A stretch of DNA of 64,000 nt, taken from Girardia tigrina (lineage: Eukaryota). The notes under the pieces were generated by a model. It was not told the DNA's origin, did not search any database, and worked only from the letters and a program-made list of their open reading frames with translations. Both the position numbers and the translations under genes were made by a program. Each line of letters opens with the position of its first letter. The stretch's first letter is position 1. Location: contig MQRK01255162.1 of NCBI GenBank assembly GCA_001938485.1, positions 1 through 64,000 of the forward strand, written 5' to 3'. Positions 1 through 12,229 of the stretch are shown in pieces.

Positions 1-74
1 TCAAAATAATGTAGGCGGCAGTTAAACGATTTAGAAAAATATATCAAAAAAAACGACATAACATTTGGGTACCC

Positions 75-78
<4 letters not shown>

Positions 79-119
<41 letters not shown>
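79..119. repeat. (TA)n microsatellite
   Basis: Uninterrupted TA run. Confidence 0.95.
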
Positions 120-123
<4 letters not shown>

Positions 124-599
124 TTATATTATTAAAGTTATTATAGTTATTAATATTATTAACGCTCCCCAAGTTACCGTTATCACCAATAAGGTTTTGA
201 GTTGGGAAAAACTCAATGTTAACTAAACAACATAGAGGATTGAAGTGATTGATAATAAAATAGTTGTTATTATTGCAATATAGTATGTTAAAGTCATCTT
301 GAGTAAACTGGGGCGACTGAAGGTTTCACAGTTGGACATGATTAGAGTTCAACAGTTTTTTTGAAATTGTGCTCGAGTTTTGTAAATAATGAGCTTATTT
401 AAACAAGTGTATTTTTGATATTAATTTGCTAATTTTTTTCGCTCGAATTTTTATTTTTTTTGCATTTCGATCACTCCGTTCACAAATTTATTTTTTCGAT
501 CGTTTTTTTTGTTATTTAAAAAAAAATTATTTTGATTTTTTTAAATCACTACAAGAGGTCTTGTCAGTAATCCAAAAAAAATGAAAAAGTCTAGTCTTA

Positions 600-1780
600 T
601 CCCCATCATTGCTGGAGAGATCATCCGCATTTTCTTACAACTTTTTCCTCTTCTAGTTTTCTAGATTTGTCCCCCCCTGATTTTGTTATTTATTTTATTT
701 AATAGAAAATTTTCTCTTATTTTGTTATGTTTAAGTGCCTTTTCAACAAGAAGTTATCGTTCTTTTCTCAGATCATCAAGTTAATCCTGTAGATTTCTAG
801 GCGGATTTACAAAAGGTTTGTCATCTTTCTATTAATTTTTCCTGACGGTCGGTTATGTTATTTGCATAAAAGGATTGATTAAAGTGATTAAAGAAGACCG
901 TATGACGAATTATCTGGTTTTCAAAAAGAGTATGGAACCTATCTTGTTTCCTTACAAGATATTTCGCCAAAATTCGATATCTCTGTTCCTTATCATCACA
1001 GCTTATGTCATATCCAGTGTCGGTATTGTAATGAATAAGGGTACAATAAACTAACTCCTTTACGTATCTTGTTATTATTCTAGGCGTATCTCCTGGTTCA
1101 AATCTCTGACTATCAGTGTTTGAAAGAGTCGCTCCGAAATTCTGAGAGGGATTAAGATCAATTAATGGTTGGGTACTGCCTGACAGGATTATATTATCTG
1201 GGTCAGGATCAGTATGTTTGAAACCTTCGAACAGATCAGAGTCACTAAGAACGCATTCTTCAGGAGTATTAGAAGAAAGAGTTGTATTTTTTTGGTTGGT
1301 GGGTACCTGAATAGCTAGTTGACGCATGGAAAGATGTGGAGACTTAGACTTATTTTTATTTTTCCTTTTCTTTTTAGTTATCGTTTTAAATTCATTATCA
1401 CTTATTTTATTTTCCTTCATATTTGAAACATTGTTATCACCTTGTGAAGCATCTAGGTCAATTATGTTTTTTTCTATAAGTTCGCTGTGGTTATTAGAAA
1501 TATAAAAGTATTAAAAGTCATTGAGTTTTGACTCAGGACGAAATTATTAGAAAAGTTAGACCCATTTTGCGTACGAGACGAGTTTTGATAATAGAGTTGA
1601 GAATTAATATTATCATTAGTAGATGGCATAAAATTATTATTATCATCATAAATAATATTATTGTTGACAATGTTAGAATAAGAAGGAATATGAAAATTTT
1701 CAGCATTGGAGACAACAAGAGAATTATTAGCAATTTTTTTTAATTTAAATATTATTTAATATATCCATTTATTTTCCATT
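600..1780 (-). pseudogene. Decayed Asn/Ser-rich ORF of unknown family; core is the 199-aa ORF 821-1420
   Basis: Protein-like reading continues across frameshifts upstream (NAENFHIPSYSNIVNNN...) and downstream (KPFVNPPRNLQD*LDDLRKER*...). Basic patch KKKRKNKNK. No family recognised. Confidence 0.35.
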
Positions 1781-4339
1781 ATTATTTTTGATATTATTAA
1801 TCAAAATAAAATTTTGTTTAGTAATTTCGTTATTTTTTTCTAAATTCATTTCATTAATTAAATTGCTGTTTTTTCAATTTTCCATCGATAATAAATTTAA
1901 TTTATCAAAATTAAATCCGATCCCCCGGGAAGATTCATGTGCACGATGACACGTGCATGATCTCTGATTCCGTACGCGGCCCAGGTGAGATGTGGTCGAA
2001 GTGGCTTTACGGCACACTCAAGTCAGAAACCGGTACGGAATATTTTAGGAAGTGACGCATTTGCGTCATTTATTCGCGCCTCAAGGGCGACCGTCATCGT
2101 CGAGCTACAAGAGCCCCTTAAAATGTAATTTTGATCACTCTTCGACCGGAATGACAGCGAGTAATGTCGTCTGTTGCTTGATGCGGTCGGTTGGAGTGAT
2201 GGCGTTTTACTGCGGGCAAGATTATAGTTGATGGGGACAAGAATCGGGCAACAGCAGCACCAAAAAAGAATTTAAATTGTATATTAGAAAAAAATATTAA
2301 CATGTTAGTATATAAATTATTTAGTGGTGATTTAGAATATAAATTATTATTATTTGCGACATGAAATTTTAAAACTGAAAGAATCAGACTTACATCAATC
2401 GGTGCCGCATGACCGGTCACCGAGCACGGCTGGATCCATTCGGCTTCCGTCAGGCGCTTGAGAGTTTGATGTACATCTGACACCATTCGTCTTCCATATT
2501 GAGAATTTTGAGTTGAGTGCTGGATTAAATTGAAAGTCAAAGAAAAAAACCCAAAAATGATTCAGTTAAACAGTTTATTTCCCGAGAACAATTTTTCAAT
2601 GGCGACTTTGGATAATATACAAATGTTTAATATAAACTCGAGCCAATTATTAAAAATTAATTCGTATAAACAAAGTTCGATTTTTTGTTATTTTTATAAA
2701 ATCATAATATAGTTTTTTTGATAATTCAAAATTTTATTTAATTGTTTTAATTTTTTTTAATGCGCATCTGAATTTTTCACTTTTAAAAATTTCAGAGGTC
2801 GCAAATCCAATTAAGAAATTTTTTTCAAAATTAAAAATCAAAAAATTTAATTACATATTACCTGATAAAAAAACTCTTAATTGGTTGCTGCTGATGATCC
2901 GATTTAGTGGACACTACAATTATTATTTACAAAATGTTATCTTTAAGTTTTACCGAATATATTTACACGTTCATCGGTTCTCTAAATCTTGATTCACCCC
3001 AATGTTTAAAACACCACTCAACGCTCATAATCATTCAGTTCACCTTTCAGATATTTCCTAATAGGTTGCAACTCTCTCCACGAAATCACTCCTCATTTAC
3101 TTTGGGATGTTTTCCATCGGAATTTTTCTAATCGAAATCATCAATTCTTGCATTGAGTACCACCATTTGTTCCAACATTCCGATTATATCATCATTGAGT
3201 TCAACTTCTGAATTTAGATGAACTACTTGTGAATTTAGTAAAACTTCGTCTTTTGTTAATGATTCGTTCGCTTTTTCGAGATGGTTTATACTGTCCGATA
3301 TTAAATTAATGATAATCATTTGAAGTATTCACATGATGCTCTAACCCTCCTGGTGTGAGAGGATACCTTATATCCGATACAAATATAAGGGCAAGACAAA
3401 TGCCAACCCGGTTATCTAGTTGAAAGGTTACCGCACGATATACCTCCTAATACGGTGACAACTCAAGGGACTGAAATTACTAGCCTTCAAAAAAACTGAT
3501 TTCACCCTCCATCCAAGCAGCAGATGAGATAAGCGAGGACAGTTGCTGCAGATTATTTTCCTCTGGAACCCAGATCGATATTATCGGTTGGGTCTGGTTG
3601 GTCTCTGTCGTCGTCTATTCGGTTCGAATTTCTGGGTCCTTCGATATCGCCCGGGTCTTGTCAGGATTGGATTGTCGGTGAGATAATTCTGTTGCAGCTG
3701 ATATTTCTGAGTAGTGCCGAAGCACCGCGGATTTTTTGCTTCTGACACCTTTGTTATTTTCGGGAACGTGGCTCCATTGTTTCGGGTTCCAACCAGAGCG
3801 AAAGAGTTCTGGAATGTTGGGGGGCGAAGGGACGTTCTACATCACATAAAAGTTACCGCATTTTAATGACTTTTGGATACTATTGTTTGGGCCGTCATCT
3901 TACCCGCAAGTAAGCTCGGTGAACCATTTTTTGTACAAAAACTAGACATTAGAAATTGGTCAAAGTGCATTAAACTGGAGCTGGCAAAAAGTGTCTGGGC
4001 TTAACTTTTAGCGCGTCAACTTTTTAAAGCAATGGCGGGTCTTATCTGGAAAAGATTTCAGTATTATGTAAACGTTACCGGCATTCAATGGCGTTACTAA
4101 GAAATACGTCGAGCCGCCATCTAACCTTGTCGTAACTACGTGCCGCAGTCCAGCGGTATATCCACCCCAGAAATGGTGATGCAGGAGCGGGCGCAGCGGT
4201 TTTGTGGATTCTGTGCGCCGGCGGTCGGGAGCGAACGTCAGGTCGGGGGAACAAATAAAAATTTTAAATCTCACGTGTGTCAACCGGATTCGCACAAACC
4301 AGGTGCAAGAAAATGTCTCGCATTCTTTGAACTTCTAAT

Positions 4340-4828
4340 TCTTACTTGATCCGTTCTTCTCGTATTCTTTGAAATTCCTCGTACTTTTCTTCAATTTCCT
4401 CCTTCTGTTGCAATCTCTGTACCTCGTTCGAATAATTTAGCTGTTCACCCATTCACCAATTCATCGAATCTCTCCATCAAAACATCGAACTCCTTTTCAT
4501 ATTGATTACTGCTCCTTCTCGAATCTGGATCAGTCTTGAGCTCCTCTAAAGCTTGATTTCTGAAGCTCGTCAAGACCCTTTTTCAATTCGACTTTTTTCT
4601 TTCCCTCTTTCCATTGTTGTTTCTGATGGATCTTGACAATTTCTTCTTTCTCTTCACTCCATCCTCTCAATCTTAAAAAGAGATTGGTCATCCATCAGCT
4701 GCTTTCCATCAAATATAATACGCTGTTGAATCGGTGGAATGCTTTCCTTGCTCCGAATCTTCTACTTGACGTCCTCAACAGTGTCGTTGGAATTCACAAC
4801 ACTCCTGGCGCCGACGGGGGAAACCCAA
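4340..4828 (-). pseudogene. Ubiquitin-like domain fragment followed by an E/K-rich coiled-coil remnant
   Basis: Minus-strand translation of about 4797-4678 gives [39 protein letters not shown], matching ubiquitin 17-56 ([40 protein letters not shown]) without gaps. One TAG; no LRGG tail. Confidence 0.85.
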
Positions 4829-5349
4829 TTAATTAATTTATTTTTTATTTCTTTTAAACATACATATGTATAATCCACACCATTCAACAAACAAAACATT
4901 CGTGCTCATAAAATTCTCCATCAGTGGGAGGACATTTATGAAAATAATATCAAACCCACGATTCCGGATTCCATCTGCCGTCACCAGAGCGCTGCAACCA
5001 CGCGAAGAACAGTGATATTGGTAAAAAACAGAGAAAAAGAAAACAATCGTTCAAAATCCATATTTATTTATTTAGCTCTATCACATTAAATATTTACACA
5101 GTTAAAATTTTGTAATACGAAAGAACGATTTTTTTAGTTTATTCAAACAATTATTTTGTGCGACCTTTTTTCTAATTAATTTTGGTTGTTCTCTTGTTTT
5201 CGGTTCATCTTCTTTTTTCTTCGATTTTAATTTTATAATTAATGATAAAGTTTTATTATTGAAAATAAAAAAATATTTATCGATAAAAAATGGATGGAAA
5301 AAAATTGATTAAAATTAAAATTTGTTAATATTACTTCAATAATTATTTT

Positions 5350-5700
5350 TCTTTAATGAAGTTCGACATAGACAGCATTTGTTGCGCAAGACACGAATCG
5401 ACCGCAAGTATACACAAAAGTTTTTTATGCCTTGATATGGCTGAAACATTCACACAGTTAAGCTTTGAAGTCAGTCATCTTTACGATTTATTCTTTGTTA
5501 GGAAAACTCGCAATCACAGCACACTTGTTGTTTTTAAGGTGATTTGAGTTGGTGAGTTAAGTATTTTATAGGCTCGTGATCTTTTGTGATACTGCAGGGT
5601 TTAACACGATGTGAGCGTTTTAACGTTCATTTTATTAAATTTTGTTTGTTGAAGAGTAAGCTATTTAATCAAAAAATATTTCAAGGGAAAGCAGGTAAGT
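5350..5700 (-). mobile_element. Possible heavily decayed BEL/Pao integrase remnant
   Basis: KTFVYTCGRFVSCATNAVYVELH resembles the BEL integrase motif FxCxxTxAVHLEL; many stops. Confidence 0.3.
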
Positions 5701-6499
5701 AAAAACAAGTGAAATGTGTAATAATAGCACATCCACCTCAAGAAGATTTAAATCGTACAAAATTCGCTATTTTCCATTAATTATAAATAGAACTTATAAT
5801 ATTGTAATTATCCCCGATACAGTCCCCATATACATGAAATAAGTAAAAAGACTACCATGTCTTTAAATAAAATATAATCCACGTGACCACGGATTCGATG
5901 GCAGATATTCTGTCTCTGGTTCTGTTTTGAATTTTCGGTTTCGCAATAATTCTGCCTTTTGGCTATATTATTTTATAATGGTTTCTTTCAAAAAAATTTT
6001 TCTATTCCGTATAATTTAGTTTCGAAAATTTTTTAAGCGGTAAGTATTAATTTATCTTTAACACAGTTGATCGGGTCATTGCTGACACCAATGACATTAA
6101 GCTGTATCGTTGTCGTGTGACTCAAAGATGATTAAAACACGTAGTCGATCGAATTAATTTATTGCTATCAAAAATAAATAATTTTAATAAAGAAATACAA
6201 TAATTTTCCTATTAAATCCATATAATGCAATATCCATTTTAATCCAATAACCAATTTATCAAACTTAGGTGAATGATAAATCCGTTATTTTAGCGTTTAA
6301 GTAGGGTGCTCAGCTAACGAAAACGTTCGATTTGTTGAACCTAGTAGTAAATTAATAGTGAAACATTGTATAAACTGTATTTATCACAAACAATCACTAA
6401 CAATGATTACTAAGGAAAAGATAAATTCAAAAGTTACGGCGATTTGACGGAAAATTGCATTTAGTTTGAATCTCACCTAAGACGTGTGTTTAAATTAAA

Positions 6500-6780
6500 T
6501 TAAATTTCCTGTGGCCAGGTTGAATTGATAACGAATTCAATATGATTAACATACACAATCCTATTTAAACCAGCAGGAATATGAGGACTACTGAACAGTA
6601 CACGCATTGTGCACCCCAAACGGCAATGTACGACATTTAGAGCCTTGCCGACACCCCATTCAGCAATGTGAAAGTCATCCAAAACAAATCCATTGTACGG
6701 AAACTTAGCATTACCAAGCTTATGTAACTCTTACTTTTACGGTGATCAAAGCTAAGTAACCGAATAAATACTTACCGTCG
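6500..6780 (-). pseudogene. SF3 helicase fragment resembling a CRESS DNA virus Rep (candidate endogenous viral element)
   Basis: ELHKLGNAKFPYNGFVLDDFHIAEWGVGKALNVVHCRLGCTMRVLFSSPHIPAGLNRIVYVN has a Walker B (hhhDD) and IPAG..RI...N motif C at Rep-like spacing. Walker A and HUH motifs not found. Confidence 0.6.
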
Positions 6781-7868
6781 TGAATGCCGCCTTGTGATCG
6801 GTGTACTGTTCGTAGGGGAGGGAAAATTGAAAGTTCCTGACCCGTCTAGTTGCGTCACATCTAACTTATACCGTAGTAAACATTGGTAAACACTACGTAC
6901 TTTAGTAAGACCTTTAGTGCTCTTCCTTGGATGATCCTTCCAATCGAGATCCTTACTGTATCACAGTGATAATAACAAATTCTCCGGACTTTCCATATTT
7001 ACATAGGCCTACTGAATCGATGCCAAGCAATTCAGTATCTGCATGTCGTATACTGTTACCAACTTTCTCTCAGGCTCCAATCTAAGTGTGCATATATCAT
7101 ACTATCACAATGAGGCAGAAACACAACTCTTATACAGGAAAACCCACGGAGGGACCTGTATTGCCGGATAAAAGAATGGCCGTTTCATCGTGATTCCCTG
7201 GAACAGGTGACTGTCAGCGGGTTTGTTTGTATGGCAATAACATCCGTAAATCCGCAAGAAATTTATTGCTGACAGACATGATGATAGAGCGTGCGTAGCG
7301 TGGCTGCAGCACATTGGTGCGAGTGGGAGGTTTTCAGTTCTAGAGGAATAAAAATTTAATTTTAATCTACTCTTGATTTTTACGAATTCCTTCAATTTTA
7401 ATTGATTGTTCGATTAAAAACAATGTTTACATTTAATTTCGCCAATACAATTTTAAATCCAGTGATCGATTTAAACAAACTCAACAATAATAAATCGATA
7501 GATTAAAAAATAATCACATCAAAATAATGTGTCCAAAATTAAAAAATCCAAGCAACAAATCATTATTAATTTTGTTTTTATTGTAACTTAATTTTTAAAA
7601 ATAAAAATTTTCAACTCAAGGTTTAGAAAAATAATAAAAAATATATTCTATCAAGTGAATAAATCATTAAAAAATCCAGTGGTATTTTTGCAATTCAATT
7701 GTTGATTTTCGTTTTGAACATCATTTTGAATTTTCTTTTCTTATTTTTTGTTTTTTTATTTTATAAATTCTCATCAAAACATTTACAATCAAAATCCAAA
7801 AACATATTCATCACCTCTGTGTTACACTAGGAGCAATTTTACACTATTGAAAATATGAACACTTTAAT

Positions 7869-8084
7869 TCAATGTTGCTGCAATTACCTCAACAAATTGA
7901 AAATGAAAAATTATGAAGGATTTCAAACCCAAATTCGACAGTGATACGTGGTGTACCCATTAAGTAAAAGATCAAAATAACAGGAGTATAATTACAACAT
8001 AGAAACACTAATCATATAAAGGTACTATTTCTACATTACTTCTAACGATCAATAAGTTCCAAGAAAGCATTTGTGTAGAAAATA
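7869..8084 (-). repeat. Diverged duplicate of 8593-8820 (mariner 3' end plus flank)
   Basis: Shared blocks ATGAAGGATTTCAAA.CCAAATTCGAC.GTGATAC.TGGTGTACCC and CGATCAATAAGTTCCAAGAAAGCATTT. Confidence 0.85.
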
Positions 8085-8299
8085 GAACAAACGTTTTTAT
8101 TACTAATTCACAATCAAAATTCAAATCGAATCAAAACAAAAAATTTATTATAATCAATGTCGACTCCAACCTAAATAAAAATCAGAAGACACTAAAAAAC
8201 GTTACCACTTTAGACGATGGTCATCAAATTCCTTGTCATAAATTTCACAAAATACCGAAAGCAAAAAAATAGCTCCAATAATATTGCTCACAAAATCAA

Positions 8300-8510
8300 T
8301 CAATAAGAAAAATTTGAAAGTGGTCACACAAGTACCGCGTCTCGATCTTCAACACGGCTAACATTGCCACGATCCGGCCGGACTTGATCTTTTCGTTGAA
8401 CATATTCTGCATGAACCCCTCGCATACGAAGGCGTGAGTGAGGCTTGCGTAATTGTCGTGTGACTCCGATTTGCATTTTTTCTCAAACTGCTAACTTCTA
8501 GTATTTCTTT
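8300..8510 (-). pseudogene. Bcl-2 family fragment (BH3-like helix through BH1-like motif)
   Basis: EILEVS(frameshift)QFEKKCKSESHDNYASLTHAFVCEGFMQNMFNEKIKSGRIVAMLAVL aligns in register with Bcl-xL LREAGDEFELRYRRAFSDLTSQL...[24 protein letters not shown]. Confidence 0.6.
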
Positions 8511-8671
8511 CCGTTTATGTGGATGACTTTTTGATTGGCGGTTTTCATCACCTTATCTTACAGTTCGAGCACATCATTGTATTTCTCTCGAATTCAATAT
8601 GGCCGCAATTAGCTCAACAAATCGAAACTGAAAAATAATGAAGGATTTCAAATCCAAATTCGACTGTGATA

Positions 8672-8912
8672 CATGGTGTACCCGGATTAAGTAAAAAGCA
8701 AAATATCAGGAACCTCATATTAAAACATAGGAATGCTAATCATATTAAAGGTACAACCTAAGACCCTTCACTTTATCCAGCGATCAATAAGTTCCAAGAA
8801 AGCATTTTTTGTAGAAAATTGGTAGCTTCAAGAAATCCTCCACGCACTGACGCAGATCGTTAGAATTTTCAAACTTTCGCCTCTCAAATATCTCTTCATG
8901 TTACTAAATAGG
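8672..8912 (-). mobile_element. Mariner-family transposon 3' remnant with TIR
   Basis: Frameshifted LFSNMKRYLRG/KFENSNDLRQCVEDFLK/FYKKCFLELIDRWIK is the mariner C-terminus. Terminus TA|CATGGTGTACCCGGATTAAG at 8670. Confidence 0.75.
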
Positions 8913-9963
8913 TAAAAAAACACTTGGTGCTAGATCCGGAATGTTTAGAAGGTGATCCAGCAACACATCCACTTTTCGAAATTGTTTTCATTGTTTCGGA
9001 ACTTTTGTTGAAGTGGTTCAGTAACTGGATAATGATGTACAAGACGAATAAATAATCTGTGATTTTTTGTTAAGGTGTTTCAAGTAACTGGATAGTTTGG
9101 AAAAAATAGTTTGAATAAATTTGAAAATGTATAATAATGAAAATTATTAAAAAAATATCAAACGACATCATCCTTGTAATTTGAATGATATTTGCATTTT
9201 CCTCAAATTCGATAGTCATGTAGCAACTTTTTTCAACTTGATCGGCTAGATTCTGATGTCCGCCGATTCTTCTATAACAATTTGTCCGGAATAACGGAGT
9301 TCAAATCTACTAACATATACTTGAGTTCAGGAACCAGATACTGATGTTCAAAGTGTTAGATGTATCTGGGGTTGAATTTTATACCACTCTCTGGCGATAT
9401 CTAACAAAGGACTTATCAATTATTGATATTAAATAAGAGTTTTCAACTTAATTTAATTTGATCAATTAACTTAATCAAATTGATATTTAATAAATCTAAC
9501 TTAAATCAGAAGACAATGTACTTTTAGTATAATAATATTTTAAATCTATAACAATTACAAAATATTTTCTTTATACAATGAAATTACAACAGAATGTTAG
9601 ATTAAATATGTGAAACCCCCTACTTATTACCTATTTACGATGAAGGACTGGTTCTCGTCCAGAGCCTTTATAATTTTAAAAGGAAACGGTTACCCGGTTA
9701 ATAAAATGTTAAAATAAAAATGATTTATTAATAATAAAAATAAAGATTTTATTAATATTTAATTTACTAATATAGATAAAAATTAAGATTTTAATAAAAA
9801 AATCGAATAAGAACCTGGATCATTTTATCTTCCTTGTATAATCAAATCCTAATCCGGTTTCTCCGCAATAAAACAATTCAAAACTCGGGCGTTCCTTTTT
9901 GGCCGCTATAGATTGTAGAAAAACAAACACCTAAATTACAAAATATATTACAAATTAAAACTA

Positions 9964-11436
9964 TACTACTGGACAAAATATTTGCAATTACATTTTCGTG
10001 CATTTTTAAAAGTTTTAGGTAAATTAGTTCTTTTTTAAACTAAAGTCAACCTATTGATGTATTATAATATACATTGACACATTTGTTTGTTTTAATAGTT
10101 TATTAGAATTTGTGTATTTTTGTAATGTTTTTTTGGCCACATTTTTGCACTCATTTAATTTTTTTATTAGTAATAAAAATAAAACTAAGTAACATTTATT
10201 ATCGCAATAATGTACCATCATTCTTTAATAATAGACACATTTTCTTTAAAATGTATATATAAGTTTGATAAAATACCAAACTCTTCATCATTGATTTTAT
10301 CCACTTCATGACAAATTCCAGACCATAGTGACTCTTTGCCATCAAATTGTGGACCATTATATAATCTCTGCTTAATAATACTCCAGACTTTCTCTGTAGG
10401 AGATAAGTCAGGGCTATGATCTGGCCAGGGTAATATGTCTACTTTTTCAGCAGTAAGCATCTCAATGGTTTTCTTGCTTGTGTGCGCATGCGCGTTGTCT
10501 TGTTGGAATAAAAATGAATCTATTTCATTCTTTAGCAACGGAAATATGTCGTCCTTCAACATATCACAATAGGAATTAGAATTAATGGTGCCTTCAACTC
10601 TTCTAACAAGCAATGGTCCATCACGACTAATGCAACCCAAAATCATTATCGAGCCACCATCAAACGGTCGTCTTGCACGCTGTGTGTTATTATCTTTGCT
10701 CCATGACATAAAGTTATCGTTGCCGTCGAGAGAAAAGCGGCACTCATCAGAAAAAACAACTTTGTCAAAATCGACATTTTCAATAATCCATGACCGCGCT
10801 ATTTCTACTCTTTTGGCCTTCTGATTGTCTGACAATTGTATCCTTTGACATCTACGATAACTCAATCCCATTGAACACATACGCCTTCGTATTGTGCGGG
10901 TGGACACATTGTTGGACAATATATTGCCAATTGCCACTGATGTCACTTTTTTATGACCCTTTTCTAAAGACACTATAGCTTTTTTAATTTCATTGTTTAT
11001 TTTATATTTCTTAGAGGATGAATTCCTTGGTGGATTAAAACCTCTTGCACCACTTGCGACACTATAAATCGTCCTCAGGCTAACATTTAGGGTCTCAACT
11101 ATGACCTTTTTGGAGGTTCCTTTCAATAAATAATTTTTAATTATATCAATTTTTTCAACGCTTAGCGTCATTCTAAATATCTAAAAATAATATATCTATC
11201 AAAATAACATTAAATAATTAATTACAAAACATAATATAGTAATGCAAAAATGTGGCCAAAAAACATTACAAAAATACGCAAATTCATTATTATTTATTGA
11301 ACTATTAAAACAAACAAATGTGTCAATATATATTATAATACATCAATAGGTTGACTTTAGTTTAAAAAAGAATTAGTTTACCTAAAACTTTTAAAAATGC
11401 ACCAAAATGTAATTGCAAATATTTTGTCCAGTAGTA
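9964..11436 (-). mobile_element. Tc1-family DNA transposon, full length (~1.47 kb), ~190-bp TIRs, TA target duplication
   Basis: TACTACTGGACAAAATATTTGCAATTAC... (9964-10149) is the inverse of 11243-11436. TA at 9962-63 and 11437-38 (exact end ambiguous by 2 bp). Confidence 0.95.
10218..11171 (-). CDS. Tc1-like DD34E transposase (317 aa; probable frameshift near the C-terminus)
   Basis: N-terminal HTH, VFSDE, FQQDNA, and WPDHSPDLSPTE with 34 residues between the second D and E. Confidence 0.92.
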   Translation of the reverse strand: MTLSVEKIDIIKNYLLKGTSKKVIVETLNVSLRTIYSVASGARGFNPPRNSSSKKYKINNEIKKAIVSLEKGHKKVTSVAIGNILSNNVSTRTIRRRMCSMGLSYRRCQRIQLSDNQKAKRVEIARSWIIENVDFDKVVFSDECRFSLDGNDNFMSWSKDNNTQRARRPFDGGSIMILGCISRDGPLLVRRVEGTINSNSYCDMLKDDIFPLLKNEIDSFLFQQDNAHAHTSKKTIEMLTAEKVDILPWPDHSPDLSPTEKVWSIIKQRLYNGPQFDGKESLWSGICHEVDKINDEEFGILSNLYIHFKENVSIIKE

Positions 11437-12229
11437 TATTATAACATTCGGTGTATTTAAACAACCGAATTATCATTCATCATATATATATATATATATA
11501 TATCATAATCTACGATTAGATTATCATATTTTTAATCCATATTATCGTAATTAAAAAAAATATCATTGGATTAATTTACAAAAGGCCCACTGTTTATCAC
11601 AATATCTAGCAAGTTTTACAAGAATAATGGCTGACAAATTATCCTACAATCATATTTGAAAAATCAAAATTCTTTAAACTTACATATAACGGATATCGCC
11701 AAGTAGTATCACTGATACTATTTAAATAGAATCACTAAATTTTTTTAAGTTGTTGATATTATTTGGGTCATGAAACTATTTGGTGCTTTCAATTTCCATT
11801 AACAAAAATATCAAAATATGAATAAAAAAATAAAACAATTTATTACAAAAGGCCTTAAATTCAAACTGCCAATTAGAAATGGCCACTAATCAAAAAAATA
11901 TTTTACAAATATTTTAACAAAAATATATATTCGTTTAATAACAAAATAATCAATTAATAATAAATTCACACACCAATTTAATAATATTCAAAGGCTAATG
12001 CACGGTGTGAACTAATTAATTAATTCGTTAACGATATTTTCGGCCCATTCGAGATAGTTGAACAGCTCCTTAGTTATAACATTGTCGAAGACTCAATAAT
12101 ACTTTATTCATTAACGACATCCAAACATTCTACATAATCATTATCATCTAAGCAGTCTACATCCTGATCATCTACATCTTCCCCGGAAATAGACTCGTAA
12201 GGAAATTGTTCAATCTAGTTTGAAACAAC

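Noticed and set aside
4806-4826. TGGCGCCGACGGGGG resembling a tRNA-Lys primer-binding site
   Set aside because: Imperfect, no preceding CA-ended LTR, and it overlaps the ubiquitin-like frame on the other strand
7130-7270. KEWPF...SGFVC as a BIR/IAP domain
   Set aside because: The CxxC..H..C zinc ligands are absent
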